Source: a candidate division WOR-3 bacterium (GTDB lineage: Bacteria; Hydrothermota; Hydrothermia; B15-G9; WFZT01). From it: a stretch of DNA of 26,576 nucleotides. The position numbers and the translations under genes were made by a program. Shown piece by piece: positions 7,801 to 15,995 of this stretch. Where the stretch lies: the NCBI GenBank assembly GCA_027053075.1, contig JALUEE010000100.1, positions 1-26,576 on the forward strand. Reading direction: 5' to 3'. The first letter of the stretch is position 1. Every line of letters starts with the position of its first letter. The notes below the pieces were generated by a model. The model saw nothing but the letters and a program-made list of their open reading frames with translations, did not search any database and was not told the DNA's origin.

Positions 7801-8920
7801 GATTCGCCGCGGACTTGCGAGTGAGAATCCACAGGCATTTGAACCTGACCTCGCTATGAGCCTCACCAACCTTGCCACTTTCCTTTCTGATACAGGGCAA
7901 AGGGAGGAGGCTCTGAAGGTTGCAATAGAAGCTATGAATTTATACCGCAAACTTGCGAAGGAGAATCCACAGGCATTTGAACCTTACCTCGCTATGAGCC
8001 TCACCAACCTTGCCAAATTCCTTTCTGATACAGGGCAAAGGGAGGAGGCTCTGAAGGTAGCAAGAGAAGCTGTGGATTTATACCGCAAACTTGCGAAGGA
8101 GAATCCACAGGCATTTGAACCTTACCTCGCTTTGAGCCTCAACAACCTTGCTGCATTTCTTTCTGAAACAGGGCGAAGGGAGGAGGCACTGAAGGTTGCA
8201 ATAGAAGCTATGAATTTATACCGCAAACTTGCGAAGGAGAATCCACAGGCATTTGAACCTTACCTCGCAGGTAGCCTCACCAACCTTGCCAACAGCCTTT
8301 CTGATACAGGGCGAAGGGAGGAGGCTCTGAAGGTTGCAATAGAAGCTATGAATTTATACCGCAAACTTGCGAAGGAGAATCCACAGGCATTTGAACCTTA
8401 CCTCGCTATGAGCCTCACCAACCTTGCCAAATTCCTTTCTGATACAGGGCAAAGGGGGGAGGCTCTGAAGATTGCAAGAGAAGCTGTGGAAATTCGCCGC
8501 AAACTTGCAAAAGAGAATCCACAGGCATTTGAACCTGACCTCGCTGCGAGCCTCGACACCCTTGCCAACCGTCTTTCTGAAACAGGGCGAAGGGAGGAGG
8601 CACTGAAGGTAGCAAGAGATGCAGTGGATTTATACCGCAAACTTGCGAGGGAGAATCCACAGGCATTTGAACCTGACCTCGCAAGAAGTCTCGGTGCACT
8701 GGGCTATGCCCTATCAAATTTGAATAAACCAGAGGAGGCAATGGAATCTTTTGCCGAAGGGATAAAAATTCTTATACCTTATGCACAAAAGTTGACACAG
8801 GCATACTTCCCTATACTAAATGAACTTCTTGATGGCTATTTGCAGGCAGAAAATAAAACTGGCAAAGAGCCAAATTCAAAACTTATTAAGCAAGTTGAAG
8901 CTTTACTTAACCCCGAATAG
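4805..8920 (+). CDS. NLR-like protein: unknown N-terminal helical domain + STAND-type P-loop NTPase + TPR repeat array
   Basis: 1371 aa. Walker A GAGGAGKT (5531-5554), Walker B MLIVDYAE (5675-5698), sensor-like VLLTR, GxP-like SRPLAI, WHD-like PDPLAD, and 46-aa TPR-like repeats at the C-terminus. Strong SD. Confidence 0.85.
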   Translation: MNFEDVINIIASIIDSLIPIPAGTIGFMFVNKWRRNRILARVIQATLKDFQKSMKMRGTVYETAASCLIKAFEDEKDTVKNLVKEALEEGEIKSTDRFRETQCFQGIPDDILAEVSNEVVKRILGSLWEYKEFRDDAASFLIKTQAERLEQIKKRLDEFKNELPETLRESIKAIITEYKREEALEQLRTTTAKFPEGQEFSFHELKAQYRLIPFTGKESKALKDEIVQWAKKLNGVGLRWLYGAGGAGKTRLMVEVGEELKNSGWNAYFLPLEEWEKEHMKYWVDNDRPTMLIVDYAEMRKTEQITDLLNAAIGAKSDDTNPLALVLLTREAPRIKGSQSNLLSDALQTWSVQGTNSLRREIFNNALREAKAIPPLDEIDRVELFKKAVEQFRERLRISSKAISYDANELPSRPLAIILLAFLFAQGRRDVESSKEEEIYSAVWDWEKGKWEKTLKALGLWKNQPDLMKEAINRIEQLQVAATLGLGFSNKKDKDIVNFWQKVDNLTGKFPLLDGKDLIRLAGQIPQLFAGHGKGMSLVPAITPDPLADFVMANLVIPISSLNIQGYEDDLWDLQTVMESHPLAIIAWAALPEPIKLVSIELTEEFWVFNMLKIITRLRDAYPDAGQVLAKILALWLEHTVRELYTKNPDFTRKWLKIWEHVLPSHPERTVALRELVASYYKSQYFIATDEAERASWANNLSVSLSALGRRKEALEVAREAMEIRRRLASENPQAFEPDLAMSLNNLATSLSYTGRREEALKIAREAVKISRRLARKNPQAFEPDLAVSLANFAALLSDAGQREEALEVAREAVALYRKLAKQNPQAFEPDLAMSLNNLATSLSYTGRREEALKIAKEAVDLYRKLAKVSPQAFEPDLAMSLNNLAALLSDAGQREEALKVAKEAVEIRRRLASENPQAFEPDLAMSLNNLAIFLSEAGRREEALKIAREAVEISRRLARKNPQAFEPDLAMSLTNLAALLSDAGQREEALKVAKEAVEIRRGLASENPQAFEPDLAMSLTNLATFLSDTGQREEALKVAIEAMNLYRKLAKENPQAFEPYLAMSLTNLAKFLSDTGQREEALKVAREAVDLYRKLAKENPQAFEPYLALSLNNLAAFLSETGRREEALKVAIEAMNLYRKLAKENPQAFEPYLAGSLTNLANSLSDTGRREEALKVAIEAMNLYRKLAKENPQAFEPYLAMSLTNLAKFLSDTGQRGEALKIAREAVEIRRKLAKENPQAFEPDLAASLDTLANRLSETGRREEALKVARDAVDLYRKLARENPQAFEPDLARSLGALGYALSNLNKPEEAMESFAEGIKILIPYAQKLTQAYFPILNELLDGYLQAENKTGKEPNSKLIKQVEALLNPE
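6875..8806 (+). repeat. Intragenic tandem array of 138-bp units: 12 near-identical units (7013-8668) plus a degenerate first and last unit
   Basis: GAACCT(G/T)ACCTCGC recurs at 7013, 7151, 7289 ... 8669 with an exact 138-bp period. Confidence 0.95.
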
Positions 8921-9005
8921 ACAAATCCTTGGGGTAAATTCATTGAGAGTGGAAATCCTTATTCTCTATGGTGGGCTGAATAAAATTATTTAATCGGGTA
9001 TGGTC

Positions 9006-10937
9006 TCACACAATCAATCTAAATATAAATCCCACAACAGTGGCGACTGAGAGGCCCAGTAAAATGGAGTAAAGCATTATTTTTTTGCCGTACTCTTTCC
9101 AGATGATACCGATGGTGGAGATGCAGGGGATGTAAAATGTTACAAACATGGTGAAGACAACGATTTGCTCCTTTGTCATAACGAGGTTGATCTTCCCGAT
9201 CTCTGTTCCAAGGGCCTGGGAGAGCATCACCAGTGTCAGCTCTTTTCTGAGGATTCCAAAAATCAGTGTAGTTCCGACCTTCGTTGGAAGACCCAGCAAG
9301 GTATGCACCAGAGGGGAGAATATCAGGTTGATGTAATAATCCCAGTTAAGGTACTGGATGACACCCAGCACAATACTACCAATGATAAGGAGTGGCCATG
9401 CGAGATATATAAAGTTTTTGACCTGCAGCCACGTTTTATCAAATGTGATTTTAAGAGACGGAAATTTGTATGAGGGTATTTCCATAAGAAGACCATAAGA
9501 AGGAGTCTTGAAGAAGCCATTTAAAATTTTTCCCATCAGTGCCACCACAAAAATGTTGAAGATAAAGAAAAATAATGCCCACCAGGGGCCAAGAAAATAG
9601 GCTACAAGTGCAAAAATAACGGTAATTCTTGCCGAGCACGGCACGAGAGGGATGAGGAGTGCCGATAGAATCCTATCCCTTTCATTGTCAAGTATCCTTG
9701 TTGCAGCTATTGCAGGCACGTTGCAACCATATCCAAGGATAAATGGGATCACAGATTTTCCATGAAGCCCCATTCTATGCATGAGACCGTCCATCAAGAA
9801 AGCCACCCTTGGCAAATATCCGAGGTCTTCGAGGAAAGAGAGCAAAAATACGAGAGGGATGAAGTAGGGGAGTACAATCCCGATTCCACCCGCGATCCCC
9901 TGCAGGAGCCCATTCGCAATATAAAGAAGAAGTTTGTTATGTATCTGCTGTGGAAGTGCTGATATCAACTTATCAAATGGAGATGTGAAAAGCTCCTCCA
10001 ACGGTGCCCCGATTTTAAAGATTAGATAATAGAAGACAAAAAATACGACTGCAAGAATGAAATATCCTAAAATCGGATGCATAACATAGGCATCAAGTTT
10101 ATCATCGATAGACTTTTCGGTCCGGTGCTTGATTTTCATGACCTCTTCAGCGATCCTCATGGAGATGTTGTGTCTCTCGCCGTGGATCACATCGGGTGCA
10201 GGAGAGCCAATGATTTCTTCAAGCTCCTTTCGGTATTTCTCTGCGAGTCTTAGTAGCTCCGGATAGTCTTTAACAAGATTTACAAAATAATCATCATTTT
10301 CGAGCAGCTTTATCGCAAATAGCCTTGGTGGTATTTCATACTTTCCGTCAATCTTCTCTCTAACCATCTGTGTGAGGGCTTTTATCCTATCCTCAACAAC
10401 TTTAGAACAACTGTATGTTTTTGGCTTCGTACCGGTTTTGATAACTTTTAAGATGGTCTCAAACAGCTCCTTCAGGCCCTTTCCGTGAACGGCAACCGTG
10501 GGAATAACAGGTATTCCGAGAATTTTTTCAAGTTTTTTTGCATCAATCTCAATTCCCTTGGATTTGGCCTCATCCATCATGTTTAAAGCAATTACCATGG
10601 GTTTGCCAAGCTCCATCAGCTGCAATGTAAGCTCGAGGGAGCGGGAGAGAAGTGTGGCATCCATGACGTTGATGATAATGTCAACTTCCTGCGTCAGAAG
10701 GTACTTCAGTGTTTCGTGCTCGGCCATGTCCTGCGAGGAAAGCGAGTACGTGCCGGGAAGGTCTATGACATCAAAAATTCTGCCCTTGTAATTCATACGG
10801 CTCTTTGTGAACTGGACCGTTGTGCCGGGAATGTTGGAAGTCTGAGCCTTTAGACCCACAATTGCATTAAAAAGGGTACTCTTCCCGCAGTTTGGCTGTC
10901 CCACGAGGGCTATTTTTATTGGGCCGTACTTCCTCAT
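9006..10937 (-). CDS. feoB: Ferrous iron transport protein B
   Basis: GQPNCGKS, DLPGTYSL and NMMD GTPase motifs; LEDLGYLPR, GYGCNVPA, PCSAR and YIPC membrane-domain motifs. Confidence 0.97.
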   Translation of the reverse strand: MRKYGPIKIALVGQPNCGKSTLFNAIVGLKAQTSNIPGTTVQFTKSRMNYKGRIFDVIDLPGTYSLSSQDMAEHETLKYLLTQEVDIIINVMDATLLSRSLELTLQLMELGKPMVIALNMMDEAKSKGIEIDAKKLEKILGIPVIPTVAVHGKGLKELFETILKVIKTGTKPKTYSCSKVVEDRIKALTQMVREKIDGKYEIPPRLFAIKLLENDDYFVNLVKDYPELLRLAEKYRKELEEIIGSPAPDVIHGERHNISMRIAEEVMKIKHRTEKSIDDKLDAYVMHPILGYFILAVVFFVFYYLIFKIGAPLEELFTSPFDKLISALPQQIHNKLLLYIANGLLQGIAGGIGIVLPYFIPLVFLLSFLEDLGYLPRVAFLMDGLMHRMGLHGKSVIPFILGYGCNVPAIAATRILDNERDRILSALLIPLVPCSARITVIFALVAYFLGPWWALFFFIFNIFVVALMGKILNGFFKTPSYGLLMEIPSYKFPSLKITFDKTWLQVKNFIYLAWPLLIIGSIVLGVIQYLNWDYYINLIFSPLVHTLLGLPTKVGTTLIFGILRKELTLVMLSQALGTEIGKINLVMTKEQIVVFTMFVTFYIPCISTIGIIWKEYGKKIMLYSILLGLSVATVVGFIFRLIV

Positions 10938-11182
10938 AAAGGCTTTACCAGTATTTTAGCGGCAATCCCGCGCCCGATAGCGACGCGAGTGCCATTGGTT
11001 AGATTTTCGATATAAATCGCCCCTCCGAAAGGACCCACGGACAGTATTTTGATCTCATCTCCGGGGTTGATCCCCAGTTGCATGATCCTCATTCTTGAGT
11101 TCCTTCCACCAGAAAAACTTACAACCCTTGCTTTCGCCCCCGGTCTCAGGTAAACCAGACTTGTTATCGATGTATCAAACAT
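10934..11182 (-). CDS. feoA: Ferrous iron transport protein A
   Basis: 82 aa with RIMQLGINPG...GPFGG...VAIGRGIA. ATGA overlap with feoB. Confidence 0.95.
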   Translation of the reverse strand: MFDTSITSLVYLRPGAKARVVSFSGGRNSRMRIMQLGINPGDEIKILSVGPFGGAIYIENLTNGTRVAIGRGIAAKILVKPL

Positions 11183-11190
11183 GGATGTTA

Positions 11191-11219
11191 ATGATATTTC
11201 CAGCCCTTCAACCTGTCAA
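11191..11219 (-). promoter_or_regulatory. Sigma70 promoter of feoAB
   Basis: Minus strand: TTGACA (11219-11214), 17 nt, TATCAT (11196-11191). The ATG begins 8 nt downstream. Confidence 0.8.
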
Positions 11220-11221
11220 TA

Positions 11222-11238
11222 TTGAGACTGATTCTCAA
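11222..11238. promoter_or_regulatory. Fur-family (7-1-7) operator
   Basis: TTGAGACTGATTCTCAA inverted repeat. The core TGAGACT-G-ATTCTCA resembles the Fur 7-1-7 box and abuts the -35 of an iron-uptake operon. Confidence 0.75.
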
Positions 11239-11296
11239 AATCATTCAAAACAAAGAATAATTCAGACTGTTAAACAGCACAAAACTCGTGATAATT

Positions 11297-12307
11297 TTAC
11301 TCTTTTGGAATCTTTTGAGAGGAGAGGAATCTCAGGAAATAAATTCCTCCAGTGAGGGCGTTCATATACGTGGTGAAAAATCTCCAGAGAACTATGAGAA
11401 TTCCAAGGAGGTATTTGGGACACACTGAGAGAAATACCGCGGCTCCAGCGGCCTCAGCTACTCCAGAGCCCCCTGGAGTGGGCATAAAAATGAGTGAGCC
11501 CTGAAGGAGAATTTCCAGAAAGAGCACCTTTGTGAGCTCAAATTTCAGTCCCAGACCTGCAAGAAGGGCAGGCACTATGGCAGACCTGAAGATCGGAGAG
11601 ATGAAGCTCATGACAACTGCGGCCAATATGTAATCCCAGTGAGAAGCCCTGAAGAATAGCTTCAGGCTGTTACTCATGTTGTAAGCTTCTTCTCTAACTT
11701 TAGCCCTTAGTGCGCCGAATCGCCTGGGAACAAGCTTCTCAGCGAGATCAGGTTTGAGGGTCGCGATTAGATATGTGAGAGTCACAATGCTCAAAATTGC
11801 CACCATGTACCAGAGAATCACCTTCATACTCGAAGTGCTGACGCCGCTTGCATCCTTGAGTGCAAGAGGCAGCAGGGCAATGATCGCAATGTCCATCAAA
11901 ATCCCTCTGATAATCAGGAGTGCCATCCCTTCACCCACTGGCACACCATCCCTGTCGTTTAGTATCCATAGCTGAAGTGGAATTCCGGATATCTGAAATG
12001 GTGTAACTGCTGCAAGAAATGAGCCTGTGTAGATTGTCCCTATTGCAGTCATGAGTCGAATCTTGCGTCTTATGGCGCGGCCGAGGAATACAAATCTGAT
12101 CCCATCAGTTGTTACGTATCCAAGCCACAGGAAAAAGACGAGGATGAGGTATTCCGGATTGAATCTTTTTAATGCCTTTAATGTCTCATGGGAAAACGTG
12201 AATGCAAGAACGGCGAGGGAAACGGTAAAAAACAGCAGGAATGATATTTTGAGTCCCCGCGCAATCTTTCTTCTGTTCTCTCTTATCTTCTGGGGAATTT
12301 CATTCAT
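11297..12307 (-). CDS. UPF0104 / lysylphosphatidylglycerol-synthase TM (flippase-like) membrane protein
   Basis: Multi-TM protein with AVTPFQISGIP, PTPGGSGVAE and LWRFFTTY motifs. Confidence 0.85.
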   Translation of the reverse strand: MNEIPQKIRENRRKIARGLKISFLLFFTVSLAVLAFTFSHETLKALKRFNPEYLILVFFLWLGYVTTDGIRFVFLGRAIRRKIRLMTAIGTIYTGSFLAAVTPFQISGIPLQLWILNDRDGVPVGEGMALLIIRGILMDIAIIALLPLALKDASGVSTSSMKVILWYMVAILSIVTLTYLIATLKPDLAEKLVPRRFGALRAKVREEAYNMSNSLKLFFRASHWDYILAAVVMSFISPIFRSAIVPALLAGLGLKFELTKVLFLEILLQGSLIFMPTPGGSGVAEAAGAAVFLSVCPKYLLGILIVLWRFFTTYMNALTGGIYFLRFLSSQKIPKE

Positions 12308-12584
12308 CGCAGGTACAGGGAATGTGTCCGCATTTCGGGCAGCCGTGGGCGTATCTTTGGGCAGCCTCTTCCATATCTATGCCCTCAAGGTTGGCGAGGG
12401 AAAACAGCCATGCCATTACATCTGAGAATTCTTCCACAAGATTTTCCCTCTCCCCCCTGCGAATCGCCTTTGCGAGCTCTCCGATTTCTTCCACAAACCA
12501 CCTGAATGTTCCCTCTACGCCCCTCCTTTTGTCCTTCTTGTAATATGTGTCCTTTATGATCTTTTGAAATTCTTTTATTTCCAT
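12300..12584 (-). CDS. MazG-like nucleotide pyrophosphohydrolase (single domain, C-terminal Cys motif)
   Basis: EEIGELAKAI...EEFSDV and a C-terminal CPKCGHIPCTC. Confidence 0.9.
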   Translation of the reverse strand: MEIKEFQKIIKDTYYKKDKRRGVEGTFRWFVEEIGELAKAIRRGERENLVEEFSDVMAWLFSLANLEGIDMEEAAQRYAHGCPKCGHIPCTCDE

Positions 12585-13366
12585 AGCCAGTTTAAAAGCA
12601 TGAAATAGAATGGAGCGGCTGCAACCAGACTGTCTGTTCTATCCAGTATTCCACCGTGACCCGGGAAGAGATTTGAAGAATCCTTGAGCCCCGCCTCTCT
12701 TTTAATAGCTGATTCCGCAAGGTCTCCCTGCTGACCCACTATTGTGATAAGGTAGGCGGAGACAAAGAGAAAAGTCCAGTTGCCAAGTCCTGGCAGATTC
12801 AGGAATTTTACAAGGATTACATAGGGAATGAGTGAAACAAGGCCACCACAAAAGCCTTCCCATGTTTTCCCCGGACTCACAAGCTCTGCGAGCTTGTGTC
12901 TCCCCCATCTTTTCCCTACGAGATAACAGGCGGAATCAAAGTACCAGATGGTGACAAAGAAATAGAGAGATACCCAGAATCCGTATTCTCGTGCCTTAAA
13001 AATAGAAAACCCAGCAAAAGATAGGAGAAGTACTTCAAAAAACAGTGAGAAATAAACTCCTATGCCCACGCCTCTCACGTAATAGAATGGATAGATGATC
13101 CATGGGAGAAAAATTACAAGCAACACTGGATAGATCAGAGGAATGCCGGGTATAGAGATTAGTATCATGAATGGAATTAGTGTACCGAGGGCAAGTGGAA
13201 GAAGGAGGCGATGATGAATGGTTCTTATCCTCAAAAATTCTACAATTCCGCCTGTTAGGAAAATGACAATAAAAGCGAGAAAGTAGTAACCACCCAATAT
13301 CAGTGCACCAAGCACTATTGGAATGAGGATAGCGCCGGTAATGACTCTCTTTTGAAGCTCAGTCAA
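12575..13366 (-). CDS. cdsA: Phosphatidate cytidylyltransferase
   Basis: SPGKTWEG and GDLAESAIKR...KDSSNLFPGHGGILDRTDS signature; follows uppS. TTG start. Confidence 0.95.
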   Translation of the reverse strand: MTELQKRVITGAILIPIVLGALILGGYYFLAFIVIFLTGGIVEFLRIRTIHHRLLLPLALGTLIPFMILISIPGIPLIYPVLLVIFLPWIIYPFYYVRGVGIGVYFSLFFEVLLLSFAGFSIFKAREYGFWVSLYFFVTIWYFDSACYLVGKRWGRHKLAELVSPGKTWEGFCGGLVSLIPYVILVKFLNLPGLGNWTFLFVSAYLITIVGQQGDLAESAIKREAGLKDSSNLFPGHGGILDRTDSLVAAAPFYFMLLNWLWK

Positions 13367-14069
13367 TTGTGGTCACTCCACCGAATCTCCTCTCCCTGCG
13401 ACTGAAATCCTCAATTGCCTCGAGAAGGTCATCCTTCCTGAAGTCTGGCCACAGGGTGGGAGTTATATAGATTTCTGTATAGGCAATCTGCCAGAGGAGA
13501 AAGTTTGATATTCTCATCTCACCACTGGTTCGAATGAGCAGGTCCGGGTCAGGTAGCTCTGGGTCGTACAGGAACTGGTAAAAATTCTCCTCATTAAGGT
13601 CATCAATTGTGAGTTCCCCGCTGCTGATTTTCTGGTAGGCCTTCTTAAAGGCGTCAATAATTTCGGCCCTGCCTCCGTAGGAGAGAGCAAGATAGAGCTT
13701 TAAACCAGTATTGTTTTTCGTCTTCTCGATTGCCTTCTCAAGCTCTTCCTGGACATCTTCGGGGAGTCTTTTAATCCTGCCAATGGCTTTGATTCGCACA
13801 TTTCTGCGATTCAGGTCATCTACTTCTTTCTTCAGCATTCTTTTCAGCATGGACATGAGAGCCTGTACCTCATCACTTGGTCTCCTCCAGTTCTCGCTCG
13901 AAAATGTGTAGAGGGTCAGGTATTCGACGCCGAGGTCAGAGCAGGTGCGAACAACATCCCGAACAGATTCAATTCCAGCTCGATGGCCAAAGATTCTCGG
14001 TAAACCGCGTCTTTTCGCCCATCTGCCGTTTCCATCCATTATGATAGCAATGTGACGGGGAATTTTCAT
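13359..14069 (-). CDS. uppS: Undecaprenyl diphosphate synthase (isoprenyl transferase)
   Basis: HIAIIMDGNGRWA, FSSENWRR, DLLIRTSGEMRISNFLLWQ. Confidence 0.98.
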   Translation of the reverse strand: MKIPRHIAIIMDGNGRWAKRRGLPRIFGHRAGIESVRDVVRTCSDLGVEYLTLYTFSSENWRRPSDEVQALMSMLKRMLKKEVDDLNRRNVRIKAIGRIKRLPEDVQEELEKAIEKTKNNTGLKLYLALSYGGRAEIIDAFKKAYQKISSGELTIDDLNEENFYQFLYDPELPDPDLLIRTSGEMRISNFLLWQIAYTEIYITPTLWPDFRKDDLLEAIEDFSRRERRFGGVTTID

Positions 14070-14633
14070 CTAATCTTCTAATATCTCCTTCTCCTTGGCC
14101 TTGAGAATCTTGTTAACCTCTTCAATGTTATCATCGGTGATGTCCTGAATCTTCTCCTCGGCCTTTTTCCTTTCATCCTCGGAGATTTCTTTGTTTTTCT
14201 CCAGGGCTTTCACCTTATCAATGCCATCACGACGGATATTTCTGATGGCAACCCTCGCCTCTTCTGCGAGTTTCCTGACCAGCTTGATAAGGTCCTGACG
14301 CCTCTCTTCAGAAAGAGGTGGAATTACAACTCTGATAACGTTCCCATCACTCTGTGGGTTAAGTCCGAGTCCTGACTTGCGGATCGCCTTTTCAATTTCT
14401 CCAATGGCAGTCTTGTCCCAGGGCTGAATGACGATGAGTCTTGCCTCAGGAGCGACGATGCTTGCGACCTGGTTGATTGGAACCTGCGTGCCGTAGTACT
14501 CGACTTTAATGCCTTCGAAAATAGCAGGGCTTGCGCGACCTGTTCTAATACGTGCTATCTCAACCTTGAAGTTTTCTACACTCTTTTTCATGCGGCTTTC
14601 AACATCTTTATAAACTTCATTTAAGTCAGCCAT
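14070..14633 (-). CDS. frr: Ribosome recycling factor
   Basis: IRTGRASP, VEYYG, PPLSEERR, ARVAIRNIRRD. AGGAGG SD. Confidence 0.98.
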   Translation of the reverse strand: MADLNEVYKDVESRMKKSVENFKVEIARIRTGRASPAIFEGIKVEYYGTQVPINQVASIVAPEARLIVIQPWDKTAIGEIEKAIRKSGLGLNPQSDGNVIRVVIPPLSEERRQDLIKLVRKLAEEARVAIRNIRRDGIDKVKALEKNKEISEDERKKAEEKIQDITDDNIEEVNKILKAKEKEILED

Positions 14634-14687
14634 AGCCTCTCCTCCTTTTGATTCATAGAATCGTGGTTTTGATGCGAATTATCCAGT

Positions 14688-15410
14688 CTATCCCTTGATC
14701 AGGGTTCCTATTCTTTCACCTGAAACGACTCTATAGACTGAATCCTCCTCAAGAAGGTTAAAAACTACAACTTTCATCCCGTTGTCGCGACAGAGGGTAG
14801 CGGCAGTCATATCCATGACTCTGAGATTTCTTAAAACCATTTCGTCAAAGGTGAGTTCATCAATTTTTCTGGCATTTTTGTCTTTCTCTGGGTCTGCGGT
14901 GTATACCCCATCTACTTTTGTCCCCTTAAGCAGGACATCGGCTTTTATCTCTATTGCTCTCAGTGCTGCGGATGAATCTGTGGAAAAGTAAGGGTTTCCC
15001 GTTCCACCTGAGAATATGACCACCTTCCCAATTTTCAGGGTTTCCACTGCCCTGTGGGCGTCATGAGGTGATACGATTGCCCCAACGGGAATTGCAGAAA
15101 AGACCTCAGCCTTTATGCCGTGTTTTTGAAATACACTCTTGAGGGCAATGGAATTGATGATGGTTCCGAGCATCCCCATAAAATCCGCAGAAATCCTATC
15201 AAGCCCCATCCTGTCACTGTTAACACCACGGATAATATTTCCCCCGCCTACAACAAGTGAAACTTCAACTCCTAATTTGTGGACTTTTTCGACCTCTTTA
15301 ACGATATATTCTAAAATATCGGGAGAAAACGAGCCCCCCTGCTCACCGGATAAAATTTCTCCCGAAATCTTTAAAAGAATTCGTCTATAAGCTGGCTCAC
15401 TCTTCTCCAA
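14688..15410 (-). CDS. pyrH: UMP kinase
   Basis: [33 protein letters not shown]. The start is placed at the TTG at 15410 overlapping the end of tsf; the ORF track extends to 15425. Confidence 0.95.
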   Translation of the reverse strand: MEKSEPAYRRILLKISGEILSGEQGGSFSPDILEYIVKEVEKVHKLGVEVSLVVGGGNIIRGVNSDRMGLDRISADFMGMLGTIINSIALKSVFQKHGIKAEVFSAIPVGAIVSPHDAHRAVETLKIGKVVIFSGGTGNPYFSTDSSAALRAIEIKADVLLKGTKVDGVYTADPEKDKNARKIDELTFDEMVLRNLRVMDMTAATLCRDNGMKVVVFNLLEEDSVYRVVSGERIGTLIKG

Positions 15411-15993
15411 CCCTGAACCTCGCAAATCTGCGAACTTTAATGTTCTCGCCTATCTTTGCGATATACTCTTTAATGAGGTCCCCCACCGTTTTGGATGGGT
15501 CTTTAATAAAAGGTTGCTCGAGTAAAACGTTTTCCTCAAAGAACTTCTCAAGCTTTCCTTCAATGATTTTCTCGATAACGTGAGGAGGTTTGTTCTCCTT
15601 CTCAAGCTGAGCGCGATAAATTTCCTTTTCTTTTTCAATCACGCTCTCTGGAATATCCTCTCTTCTTACTGCAATGGGAGCGGCTGCCGCAATCTGCATA
15701 GCAATGTCATGGGCAAGCTGTTTGAATTCATCTGTGCGGGCCACAAAGTCCGTCTCACAGTTTACCTCAACAAGCACGCCAAGCTTTGCACCTGGGTGTA
15801 TATATGCCTCGACGATACCCTCTTTCGCCTCTTTGGCAATTCTTTTCTCGGCCTTTGCGGCTCCCATCTTTTTAAGTTCTTCAATAGCTTTCTCAAGGTC
15901 TCCGCCGGTCTTCTCAAGAGCCTTTTTGCAATCCATGAATCCGGCGCCTGTAATCTCTCTTAATTCCTTAACAAGTTTAGCATCAACTGCCAT
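15397..15993 (-). CDS. tsf: Elongation factor Ts (short, 198-aa type)
   Basis: [41 protein letters not shown]. Confidence 0.98.
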   Translation of the reverse strand: MAVDAKLVKELREITGAGFMDCKKALEKTGGDLEKAIEELKKMGAAKAEKRIAKEAKEGIVEAYIHPGAKLGVLVEVNCETDFVARTDEFKQLAHDIAMQIAAAAPIAVRREDIPESVIEKEKEIYRAQLEKENKPPHVIEKIIEGKLEKFFEENVLLEQPFIKDPSKTVGDLIKEYIAKIGENIKVRRFARFRVGEE

Positions 15994-15995
15994 TT

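Noticed and set aside
7013..8668. Diversity-generating retroelement target, or CRISPR
   Set aside because: There is no reverse transcriptase or non-coding template repeat in the window. Differences are not confined to adenines, and the units are in-frame with no unique spacers.
6844..8741. Antisense ORFs (e.g. 7336-7950, 7388-7900)
   Set aside because: They are shadows of the 138-bp coding repeat, with no RBS or independent motifs.
15397..15993. Truncated EF-Ts pseudogene
   Set aside because: The ~200-aa form with intact N- and C-terminal motifs is a known natural type (as in Thermus).
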